Source: Sphyrna mokarran (lineage: Eukaryota). Taken from it: a stretch of 64,000 nt of DNA. The stretch spans positions 2,294,001 to 2,358,000 of the forward strand of contig JAGIQG010000043.1 of NCBI GenBank assembly GCA_024679065.1. The letters run 5' to 3'. Both the position numbers and the translations under genes were made by a program. Below are positions 1 through 12,300 of the stretch, in pieces. Positions within the stretch are counted from its first letter, which is position 1, and the number at the start of each line of letters is the position of its first letter. The notes under the pieces are model-generated. The model was given only the letters and a program-made list of their open reading frames with translations. It did not search any database and had not been told where the DNA came from.

Positions 1-2374
1 CTACATTCTATGTTCTATGTCCTATATTCTATTACTGATTAATCTGTGCACTTGGGCACAGTACATTTAGGCACCAACTCCTAATAATCTACCATTGATT
101 CCTTGAACGATAAAGTTGCCCTGTGATGAGAGACTGAAAAAATATGTTAAATTCTCCGTAGAACAGGAAAATGAGACTTCAACGCATTGAAACACAATAT
201 TTTGAAGGATGGGTGACATGCCAGATCCGAAAGACTTTGATTCCCCCTTGGCTGGAAAATATGTCACATAACCTCAGGGTAAAGAAATTGCCATTTCAGA
301 ATGAGAGAAGAATTTTCTGCGCCTAGAGGATAATGGATCTTTGGGATCCACCCAAGTGACCTGTCGATATTCATTCACTCATAACCCGATCCCTGGTGCT
401 GTGAGACAGCGGCGCTATCCACTATGTCACCGTGCCGCCCAGGAACGTAGTCAATGGAGTAAAAGTCAACGGTGACTGGCACAAGTAGAATCAATGAATG
501 TAATGCTATTACTGGAAAATAGGGGCACAAGCTATGGATCAAACATCTAGGCTCAAAATTCAAATGTGTAAAAAGTATTTTGAGTCGGAGCTATTCGCTC
601 TGTTGTGAAACAAGAAACGAGTTAGTATTTTAAAGTCACGAATATTAGAGGAACATTTATTCAAATGTTCCAATTAGACATCCCAGTAGAATCAGCCGCT
701 TTAGTGAAACAAAGCCCTAATTAGGATACAGTTTGGAACACGGTTTTCCGTGATACTTACAGAAAAGCTTCAACATCACCGCCCCAACAGACCGAACACA
801 CTTATAAACTGCCAGTGGATAAAATCTTTCATTTTTGGGAGTTCGTCAGTTGATCCAGTGAGAATATTAAAACAGTAAATTCAATGTTCTAGTTTCCTTA
901 CGAGAATCTATAGCAATTATTCCAACAGGGAACGTTCAAAAGAACGAGAAGGAACAGACCTGGTAGACCAGACCTAGGTCCATATATCTTAATGTGAAGG
1001 CCCTGGTAGAACGAATTAGTGCCACAACAGGTTGGGAGGTGAACAGAGAAGATGCTCCTTCCGGAATCGATGAAGTGCTCTGCAAAAAGAGCTATGACCT
1101 TTAAAGTCAAGGAAAATAGTCGTGAGATTTTCAGCAGAGAGCGGGGCTTGGCAGCAGATAGAGAAAGACAGAGAGGCGTTGGCTGTGGCCACGCTTGCAT
1201 GGTGTGACCTTAAGAGAGACGCCTCGCTCACAGTCCTTTCGGGGACTGTGCAAAAGCAGCAATCGCTGGTCGAGATTCTGACCACGTTGACACAGAAAGT
1301 TGTCCGAGACAGCAGCTCAATGTGGTTTTTCTTTTGTTTACAGTTGAGATGCTACACCTACCCAACTGCCTCCAGAGATCAGAAGCTGAGACACAATGTA
1401 AAACTGCAGGCATTTGGGCATTCGAGGTAGGTTTAGCTGCACAGAGAACCTGCTGGTTTACAACTAAGCCATACTAAAAGAGTATTTGTCACAATTTGGA
1501 AGCATTGCTAATGTTGATTACAATTTGCAGAAACCCCCTCTGATTCACAACAGACGCACTCATTTCATCTGCAGGCCAGAGGAACTGCACTTTGTACATT
1601 CTACACTCAAGCAGCAAATCACTGAGATTTCCGACACAATTTCAATCAAATTACATATAATTCATAGAATATTTTCACTTCTCTTTCTTCAGCTTGCATC
1701 AGGAATCATGTGCAATCTCTTTACAGAATGAATCAGATTGAACACAATTACATTACAACCTACTGGCACAGCTTTTAGCAGTGCTGCCTCACAGCCCCTG
1801 GGACCTGGCTTCGATTCCTGCCTTGGGTCACTGTCTGCCTGGAGTCTGAATGTTCTCCTTATGTCTGCGTAGGTTTCCTCCACGTGCTCGGTTTTCCACT
1901 CACAGTCTAAAAATGTGCAGTCCGGGGGATTGGTCTTGCTAAATTGCCTCTTCGTGTCTAAAGATGCATCGTTTAGCCTGATTAGTCATGTAAATTTTCC
2001 CTTAGCGTTCAAACATGTGCAGGACAGGTGGATTGATCATACCCAACTGCCCTTTAGTGCTTTGCGATGTGCCTTTCAGAAAGATTGGTAATGTTAAATT
2101 CATAGGATTGGATCATAGAACACGTGTGATGTAGATTTCCCCCTTAGTGTCCCGAGGTGCGTAGGCCAAGTGGATGTTCCGCAGCTTCTAAGGGCACTTT
2201 ATTATTCCTGTATTCCAGTTAATCTGTCTCTGTCGTCTGGAGGTAGAACTCTCAGTGTTTGTATATGAACTGGCAGGAATACTGAATATGGTCAGAGACT
2301 GCCTACAGTGCAGAAGGAAGCACTCATTTACCCAAATTCACATCATCCACCTTATCCCCATGACAACGCACAAT

Positions 2375-2778
2375 AAACACGGCTAATCCACCTAACCTAT
2401 ACATCGTTGGCACTAAGGGACAATTTAGCACAGCCAATCTACTTAACCTACACATCTTTGGTCACAAAGGGGCAATTTAACATTGCCAATCCGCCTAACC
2501 CACACGTCTTTAGACATTAAGGGGCAATTTACTACGGCCAATCCACCTAACCTATGCATGTTTGTACAGTAAGGGACAATTTAATATGGCAAATCCAGCT
2601 AACCTGCACATCTTTGGACACTAATGTGCAATTTAGCATGGCCAATCCACCTAACTTGCACATCTTTAGGCAGTAAGGGAAAAATTAGCACGGCCAATCC
2701 ACCTAATCTACACACATTAAGACACTAAGGGGCAATTTAGCACGGCCAATCCAACGAACCTACACATCTTTGGACATC
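2375..2778 (+). repeat. ~52-bp tandem array (SINE body segment)
   Basis: Unit ggacactaaggggcaatttagcatggccaatccacctaacctgcacatcttt repeated about 8 times. Confidence 0.85.
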
Positions 2779-2992
2779 ATCATTTTCGAAAGAACAATGC
2801 ACTTCACCCTTGCTAAGGAATTCACATCCTGCGAATGAGTTGAAATTTAGCCGGAATAGAAAACATATCACCGCAGAATTACTGTACTGTAACACTTCGT
2901 GAAACGTGCTGCCTGTTCATCGCTATGACGCACAGTTGATGACCACACGGCGTCAAGTGAATGTGGAATTCACCAGCACACCGCACCAAACT

Positions 2993-3203
2993 TGTGTCAG
3001 ACTTTCCATTGCACAGCCCGTCATAATTTCCACTGTGTCTGAAAGGGACAAAACTCTCTGGGTTTGACCTCAGGTCAATCTGCGGCCACTAACCCTACAG
3101 AAACAAACAGGTCGACAAAACATGGAGAAATGGCACGTAAAGATATCAAAAGAATTATTATATACAAGATTCATTTTCTTGCTGTTGCAGGTTTATGGTG
3201 AGT
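2993..3203 (+). pseudogene. Orphan A-type promoter plus leader exon (3122-3197, MEKWHVKISKELLYTRFIFLLLQVY) with no downstream V exon found
   Basis: Colinear similarity to the reverse complement of 19844-20060. Ends GTTTATG|GTGAGT versus gene A GTTCATG|GTGAGT; phase-1 donor. Confidence 0.65.
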
Positions 3204-6200
3204 AAAAGCGGGTAAGAACTAACAGATAGAAGAAGTGTTCACACAGTAAAAACTGTGACCCCATGTTCAGATGAAAGGAACTACCCTGTTCATGCGAGTT
3301 TGCTTTGTTTTTCTCGCATAAATGTTCAGTAAAGGTTTACTAATGCCCTTTAGGGAAGGAAATTTCCCTTCCTTATCTGGTTTGCCCGATATGTGAATCC
3401 CGAGCCACAGTAATGTGGTTGATTTTTAACTGTCCTCCAAAAGCAACTAGGGATGGGCAATAAATGGTGGCCCAGCCAGCAACATCCGTGTCCTCAAAAT
3501 GAACACACAGAAAAAAAACTTGTGATGGTTTCATTTTACTTCTACATAATAAAATGTGTCTTAAATTGAACCCTACATGTCAAAGCCATTGGTTCACTGC
3601 ACTTTGTTTTCGAAGGCGTCATATTTTTGAACAGCCAGTTTTTTTCTAAATCCTTTGCTCCTTTTCTTAATTTTCATCCATAACTTCCCTTTATTTCAGA
3701 AGGTATTCGATAGTAAACTACGTGGCTGTGGGAATAGAGACACATGCCAGCCAGACCAAGTGAGAACGATAGATTTCCTTCCCGAAACCAGTTGGATTTT
3801 AGGACAATTCACAGTGGTTTAATGGTCATCATTAGACTTTTAAACCCGGATTTGTATTGAACCCAAGATCCCGGTTGAGGCCGTCCTCATGCATGGGGAA
3901 CTTGGCTATGATTTTGTGTTTGGCGAGTATGCGTTTTCTTGTATCTCGAACACCGTCTTGGAGAACGCTTACCGGTCACTATACCTCTCTCCACACGCAT
4001 TGTCTGTACCTGTAAAGACTTGATTACCTGTAAAGACTCGCATTCCAACCATTATCTTGCAATTGTCTCTGTCTATATAGGCCGTGCTTGTGAACTCATC
4101 GTCTCGTTCACCTGAGAGAGGAGCAGTGTTTCAAAAGCTCGTGATTCCAAATAAACCTGCTGGACTTTAACCTGGTGTTGTGAGATTTCTTACTGTCCCC
4201 CCCATGCAATAATGAAGATTCATTTCCATGGCAACGTTGTTATCATTACGTAATGCAACTACTAGAATGATAGGATGCAATCTTAATGGAGTTTTGCAAT
4301 TTTTTCTGTTTTATAATTCAGATATCCAAAAATGTATGGGTTTGGTTGATTGATCATGCTAAAAAATTGCTCTTTAGTATCCAGGGATGCGTAGGTTAGA
4401 GGATTAGTGGGTATGATATGTAGGGATGTGGGAGTAGGGCCTGGGTGGGATTGTATTCGTTGCAGACTCGATGGGCCGAAGGGCCTCTTTCTGCACTGTA
4501 GGGTTCTATGGTTCTATGTTACTAATTCTCAGTTTGCGAAGTTTTGCAAGAAAGTTTCCAGTTAGCGATAATGGGTTTCTCTGCACCTGGTTACACTGCA
4601 TAGGACTCACATCTATCTAATTGTTTAGCCTTCAATCAAGAGAAGCAATCAAATTTGGTTCAAATACAACATGTGTAGTTTCAGCTATTATGTAAGTTCC
4701 ATCTCCTAGACAAAATGTGTTGCCAATTTAATGGGTCTCCTATTTGATTGTCCATTCTTGTTAATATGAACTTTGATTATTTTATAAATATAAATGCTGG
4801 ATAAACTCAGCGGCTTTGGCAGATACATGGAGACAGAAACGCGGTTTCGCAGACATTCTCTCCCTCCACCGTGACGCTCAGGGTACACCAATAATTGGCC
4901 AAAGATCCTTCGACAGCACCTTCCGAACTCACGACCACTGCCTTGCAGAAGGACAAGAGCAGCTTATGTATGAGAACACCACCATCTGCATGCTCCCCTT
5001 CGAGCCACTCACTATCTTGACTTGGAAATATATTGGCCATCATTAGGCCAAGATCCTGGAATTCTCTCCCTAACGGCTTTTCTGACAATCCATAGTCGGT
5101 GGACTGAAGTCTTTCAAGAAGTCAACTCGCTTCATTCGGTAACTAAGGATGAAGAATGAATTCTGACCAGCCAGCGACCCCCATATCCCGGGAATGAATA
5201 AACAAAAATGTGAATATATCGGGTTCATAAAACTCCTGCAGAATTTGAACTGCTGTGTTGGGTTCTCTGAAACACGTCTCAGTTTAGCATGAAGATACTG
5301 TGGTTAAAAAGGGATACATTGCGAGAGCACGTTACACAGAGTAATCTTATTCCTTCCAGCGGATAACATTATGAGATGGTCTAATCGCCATGTTTAAGTT
5401 TGAAAAATAATTTGATGGGTTAGTGGAGGGAATCTGTTTCCTCTGACCGAGGCGGAGTAGGGGGTGGGTCCATAACATGGGGTCAAAGCTTTTAAATTAT
5501 TGCCAGACTGTTTAGGGGTGATGTTAGAGTGCACTTTCCCAGTGCGCACTGGTAAACTGGATCACTGTCCCCCAGGAAGATCTGGTTGCAGAGATAAATG
5601 TCATTTTGTTGGATTATGTCACAGGGCCCCGTGTTCAATTCCCACTTCGATACAAGGCAAAAGATAAATACAACACACAACATTTGGAAATGAATTCTAA
5701 CATATAATTAAAAGTCGTTGTTGTGAAAAAGCCCGTGTGAAAAATGACTTGGCAAGTCACTCAGTTAGTTCAATGGTAAATAAGGACGGCCAATACATGC
5801 TAGCGAACCGGTGACGCCCCCGTTCCATGAATGAAATAATTGAAGAAATAGTGAAGTTTATCCCTTGGAAAGAAAACGGCCTCAAGCTTCTAATGTTTGC
5901 AATACCGAAATTGTAATTGAAATACATCATCACCTCAATGAAACGTCCTTTGAATTTCACTTTCACAATGAACTACTTAATTTATTCAGAATGCCAGTGT
6001 CATTCACATCCTCTGATGGATCCATTGATGTATCGATTCATCAACTGACATTGTCTATGGTTCTCGCTACCTTCGAAATTGCCGAGCTTATCCAAGGACC
6101 CCACTTACCCCGGACAAACTCTCTTGCACCTACTTCCGTCAGTAAAAAAAAATACAGAAGTCTGAGGTCATGTACCAATCAAATTAATAACAGCTTCTTC

Positions 6201-7994
6201 CCTGCTGCCAACAGACATTTGAATAAACATATTATTTATTAAGCTGCTCTTTCTCTACACCTATAACTGTAACAACGCATTCTGCACCCTCGCCTTTCCT
6301 TCTCTCCTATGTACTCTCTGAAATGTATGTTTTGCCCGCAAGAAGCAATATTTTTCAGTGTATCCGAATCCATGCAACAATAATAAATCAATTCAAGACA
6401 GACAGAGAGTGAGAGAGATGGTGAGAGAGAGTTTTCAATCCTACCAGTCATTGAACTCTAACGTTTTCCCTCATTCCAATGTGATTCAATGGTTGGAGGG
6501 AGGCCAATCGTCAGCATTCCCTCACTGCACACATGTATTGCAGCAGTATCCAAGTTGTACGGTGAGGCCTTTGCCCCTTGTCTTCCCTAATTGTACCATC
6601 CCTTCCTGTCCCCATCATTCCTGCCTTCACAGCATCTATAGAATCCTTCTGGATTTGTGGAATGCGGCAAAAGCCACAATAGTCCTTCAGTCAGAGGTGT
6701 GAACCTCCGGGGAAGTTGGGCTGCAGTGAGTGAGTGACACTGGCATTGTTTAGAATCTGAACTTCCCCAGCATGCTCTTTGCTAAGTTCGAGCAAATTTC
6801 CTGGGGCGTTAATGTCATCCAGTGAAATCTGGATATGAAAGGAAAGAACAGCTGGCTTGAAGGGATAGCCAGCATCGTTCTTTTTGCAGCTTCCCCTGTG
6901 TCTCAGGACGGCAGCAGGTTTTAATATGGATTACTTGGAAACATTTCTTCCAGCTGCTGCTGGGAACCTGACTGTTGCATGAACTCACCCTTCCCATTCC
7001 TCCCCCTGATCTGGTGCGGGACTGTGAATGAAGGGAGTTCCAGGAGGTGTTCCAACATCCAATACGCAGTTAGAGTTTGAATGGTGTGGCTTTAGTTTTC
7101 CTTTAAGAAAAGTTTTTTTTTATTATTGTTGTTGTTTGTATTTAAATCATGACCTCTGCATCACTTACAGTTAGTTTTTCTCAGCTCATAGCCTTGGGTG
7201 ATGTCATTTGTAGGAGGAGCAAAGATAGTGTGCCAATGAGGTGACAAGGGTTGATTTTATATTATTTTGGCTGGTGTGTTATAAGCATAGCGAAATGAAG
7301 TCTCTCTGTCTTTTGTTTTATTTTATTTATTGATCAATAGAAACATTTGATGCAGCGTTATAATCGAGAAAAATTGATTTTATTTACATAAAGGAATTTT
7401 CAAACAATTAACAATCGCATCAGTAACTGGAGTTACAGAATATGCCATTGAACAAAGAACAAAGAAGAACAAAGAACAAAACAGCACGGGAAACAGGCCC
7501 TTCGGCCCAACGAGCCCGCGCCACCACCCCGATATTCCCACCTCTACCCGTGATCCCTGTCTATGTTTATAGATCTATGGATTAAAAAACAAATTTGAGA
7601 CAATTTAGGGAGAATTTGTTTTGCCAATTAGCCTAAGAGCACATCTTTGGGATGTGGGAGGAAACCGGAGCACCCGGAGAAAACCCACGCAAGCACGGGG
7701 AGAATGCGCAAACTCCCACAGACACAGGCCCAAATCCATGTATCTGCACAGCACAGCGATAGTCACTGAGCTGTCGTGTTGCCCATCAAATGGTCCAGGT
7801 CAAGCGTACACTAACGACGTGAAGCACTAGGATACTCTCGAAAAAGATCCAAGAGCAGCCCTCTCATGACCCATCGCGTGTATGCCCCTTGTTAGACAAC
7901 AAGGTGGACCAAAACACCTGTAGGATAAAAACAAGTACATCAATATCATCATCTATTTACACACTTCCCAGGGACTCCCAAGGCTCATGATCCT

Positions 7995-8975
7995 TATTTT
8001 AAATCAGTTTTCTATACCCCTCCATTCCCATTCTGTTCATGTGCCCATCTAAGTATCTCTTAAATAACTCCAGAGTACCTGCCTCCACCACTTTACTTGG
8101 CAGCGCATTCCATACCCCCACCACCCTCTGTGTGAAAAAACTCCCTCTAGCATCCAAATTATACCTTACCCTCCTCACCCTAAGCCCGTGATCCCTCGTG
8201 CTATTTGAGTCCATCCTAGGAAAAAGCTTAACCCTGTTTACTCTATCAATCCCCTTCAAAATCTTGTACACTTCTATCAGATCTCCTCTCAGTCTGCGTC
8301 TTTCTAAGGAAAACAGTCCCAATTTGCCTAATCTCTCCTCATAACTCAAACCTTCCATACCAGGCAGCATTCTGGTAAACCTCCTCTGCACTCTCTCCAG
8401 AGTCTCCACGTCCTTCCCGTAGTAAAGCGACCAGAACTGGACACAGTATTCCAAATGAGGTCTAACCAGCGTTTTATACAACTGCAACATTAAAGGCCAG
8501 CTCTTGTACTATATACCCCTTCTTATAAAGGCTAACATACTATATGCTTTCTTCACAACCTTCTCCACTTGCTCTGCCACCTTCAGAGACTTGTTCACCT
8601 GCACCCCCAGGTCCTTCTGCGTTTCTATACTCTTAATAGGTCTACCCTTTATCATATACTTCCCCCTTACATTCTTTCTCCCGAAATGCATCACCTCACA
8701 TTTTTCAGGATTGAATTCCATCTGCCATCTGTCTGCCCAAGCTATCAGCCTATCTATGTCCTGTTGTATCGCCTGACAATGCTCCTCAGTATCCGCAAAT
8801 CCAGCCATCTTTGCATCGTCTGCAAACTAGCTGATCACTCCACTTACTCCCTCTTCCAAGTCATTTATATATATGTATATTACAAATAGAAGAGGTCCCA
8901 TTACCAAGCCCTGCGGCACACCACTAGTGACCTTTCTCAGCTAGAGCAACACCCTTCCACTATTACTCTCTGTCT
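7995..8975 (-). mobile_element. CR1 LINE 3' fragment (RT C-terminus)
   Basis: ORFs 7999-8490 and 8509-8808 carry [18 protein letters not shown] and WQMEFNPEKC; stop and frameshift present. Confidence 0.9.
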
Positions 8976-9236
8976 AAGAAAAAACAAGGAATTACTTAGT
9001 GTGTTACTTCACACTTGTATGGCCTTAATACTGTAAAATATCTTTCACAAAGCTGATGAAACTCGTTATACATTTGACAAAATGAGCCAGTCTTTCTAAT
9101 ATGTGGATAGTATGCGAGGAACAATCAGCAGTTTGACGGGGATGTACTTGCTCCCATGTTGATTTCCACAGGGCAGAACATACATTGGTAATTCCAGTCT
9201 CCTGTATAATACGTCACAGACAAAACACACAGATTC

Positions 9237-9314
9237 TCATTTCCGGATCTTCTTTTTTGACCTTTTTTCTAGTGCAGCTAAGTCCAGGGTGGCGTAGAGA
9301 GGTCCACCCTGAGA
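9237..9314 (-). CDS. Gene A terminal exon ([25 protein letters not shown]), ITIM-like LYATL
   Basis: Acceptor tttctcag (an in-frame alternative lies 6 nt downstream), phase-0 entry, YxxL motif, TGA at 9239-9237. Confidence 0.78.
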   Translation of the reverse strand, partial: SQGGPLYATLDLAALEKRSKKKIRK

Positions 9315-12300
9315 CTGAGAAATATATTCAATGGATATGATTAAAATAAAGGACTGTTTCCAAAAATTCATTTCAATATATTTTATTATAAGGGGTTCAA
9401 TGCACTCACCTGTATTTTATGCTGCGTTTTCAAGTTCGCCTCTGTTTGACTGTGATCCCCTGTGTGTCAAGAGTTAAACTATGAATTGAAATGTCACACA
9501 AGCTATAGAATCTATAAGGACATGGAAATATCGGGCACCAATGACTACTCGTATGTCAACAGTTTGAGTGGTGCTTAATAGAGTCACAAGTAGGCTTACA
9601 TTAACTCTGCAAGGAAGTTACTGTAAAAATTCCATCCTTGCCACATCCGGTACTTGCTTTATTGCACTGATGGAAGATTTAGCATCGCCAACTCACCTGT
9701 GTAGCGCCTCGTTTGGACTGTGGGCGGAGCACGTGGAAGAAACACACGCACACACAGGGAGAACATGCAGACTCGGCATAGACAGATACCCAAGCCAGGA
9801 ATCGAACAAAGGTCCCTGATGTTGCGGGAGTGCAGTGCGAACCACTGTGCCACCGTGCCGCTGCTTTCGGCTGTAGGGCTACAATCATTAACAGCCCACC
9901 TAAATTTCGTCAACACGACAGATATTCCACAATTCTTCAGAGGAAGTTAGATATGACATTGTAGGTGAAGTCGATAGGATTGCATTCACTGGAGTTTGGA
10001 AGTGTGAGAGGTGACTTCAAGGAATCTTATAAAATTCTGACAGGGTTCGGTAGGGTAGATTGAGAAACAATGTTCCCGATGGTTAAGGAGTCCAGAACGA
10101 GGGATAATAGTTTGAGGTTACTGGAGAATCCTTTTAGAACTAAGGTGAGGGGAAATGTCTTCACCGAGAGGGTGGAGAATACATGGATTCACTACCACAG
10201 AATATAGTTTAGGCCAAAACATTATGTGATTTCAGGAAGAAATTAGATATACCTCTTGGGACTAAAGGAATCAAATGGTATGAGGGGATGGAGGATCAGG
10301 ATGTAGAGTTTGATTATCTTGTGTGGTCATAATGAGCAGCAGAGCAGGTTCGAAGGGCCGAATGGCATACTCCTTCTTCTAGTTTCTATGTTAATAAATG
10401 TAGACAGACAACTGGCAATTATCAGTTAATTGTAGCATCCTCCATAAAAGAGGCTGCAACGAATCAGTCTTTTTGCTAAACAGGTAAATAGTCTTCTCAG
10501 GAAGAATGCGTAATTGGTTCCATCGTATATGTTATTCTTATGTTGTTTTGTGCCAATGAATACAAGGCCAAAAGCCTCGATGATATGTTTTTGTTTGACA
10601 AAGCTCAAGTACTCCATTTATTGAAATTTTCTTTCAATCATGTCTCTACAGTTAACTGTCAGTACCAATCAACTGGTGCATGCATCATAGAAACACTTCC
10701 ACCGATCAATTTCCACTTCATTCTTTTTTAATTCTGACATTTAATCGCTGCCAACATTCTAATGAAACTTACCCATTTGTCGCTCCTTATATCCCTCTCG
10801 CTGCCTTCTCTGGCTCAAGCTAAAATTGGATATGGGAGAAGAACACCAAACAAATGTTATATCTGGCCTTTCATATCTCAGATGCTGCACATTATTGAAA
10901 GTAGAATTGTCCAGAGATCTTATATAAAATCAGAGAGAACAGAGGAACACATCGTGGAATCAGTTTTCGGATTGAAATAAGTCTGACAAAATATAAGATA
11001 GAGAAAGAGGGGACAATGAACAATGTTAAACTTTGCACACTGTTCTCTTACTCACGTGTCATTCCGGGATCCTATTTCTCTGTCTTCTAAAATAGAAGAA
11101 CGTACGATTAGCTAATTAAAAACTGCAAAGAGGAAATCATATTGAGGAAAACAAAGAAATTAAAGTGTCTCAGATAACCATTAATTTTCACCTGATCTGC
11201 AGTGTTTACAAATCCAAATGGAAATAAGGACCGATAGCAGAATCAATGTGACCAGGACAGTGATTTGAACAGGAACCGTCTCTCCGCACCATTCTATAGA
11301 GATAAAAGAACACTTAGAAACTGCCACCGGTCAAATCATTCTTCTCCGGGGTTCTCTGACCAAATTAAAAATGAAGAGTCACCAAAATAACGGGTGAATG
11401 TGGAAAATGAAACATTGCTGGTGGGATGGAGAGTGGAATTGATGAGACAATATTTGCTTGTGGAGATCAATTAAATGACAGCACTGTCAGAGTTGTCCTA
11501 AATTCACAGTCTATCAGATTGTATTAGACCATAAGATCAGGAGACACAGGAGCAGAAATAGGTCACTCTGCCCATGAGCCTGCACCTCCATTCCATCATG
11601 GCTGATATATTTCTCACACTCATCATTCTCTTGCCAATTCCCCATAACCCTGATCCCCTTATTAATCAAAAAACTTTCTATCTTTGTCTTAAAGATACTC
11701 AATGACCTGGTTTCTTCAGCCTTCTGCGGCAAAGAGCTCCACTGATTCGCCACTCTCTGCTGGTTCCTCCTCAAATCTGTTTTAGAGGATCCCAATACAT
11801 GAGACAATAATAAATCAAATCAAGTCATAGCGTCATAAAATCATTGAGTTTACAGAATGGAAACAGGCCCTTCGGCCCATTTTTTTCCCTGCAATCCTTT
11901 AAATTAAATCCCTAAGCTAGTCCCAGTTGCCCACATGTGGCCCATCTCCCTCTATATTCTTCGTATGCATGTAACTATCTAAATGTTTTTTTCAAGATAA
12001 AATTGTACCCCGCTTCTAATACTATCTCTAGCAGCTTGTTCCAGACAATCACCACCCTCTGTTTGAAAAAAAATGTCCCCCTGGATGCTTTTGTATCTCT
12101 GCCCTGTCATCTAAAACCTATGCCCTCAATTTTTTGACTCCCCTATCTTTGGGAAATTTATTGACTATCTAGCTGACCAGTGCCCCTCATTATTTAATAG
12201 ACCTCTATGAGGTGACCACTCAGCCCCCTACACTCCAGTAAAAAGAGTCCCAGTCTATCCAGCCTCTCCTTATAACTCAATCCATCAAGTCCCAGTAACA

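Larger units (their letters stand above)
1..6395. repeat. Segmental duplication, copy 1
   Basis: 1-2170 matches ~45525-47720 and 3908-6395 matches ~53595-56200 in direct orientation. 2180-2780 and 2808-3068 match copy 2 in inverted orientation. Confidence 0.9.

Noticed and set aside
898-1430. ORFs apparently conserved with 46562-46986
   Set aside because: Similarity comes from the segmental duplication. Indels shift frames between copies, and no recognisable domain is present.
11087-11135. Strong-looking acceptor ttcctctttgcag near 11123 as the start of gene A exon 5
   Set aside because: Stops follow in all three frames. The downstream AG at 11088-11087 gives a phase-consistent exon.
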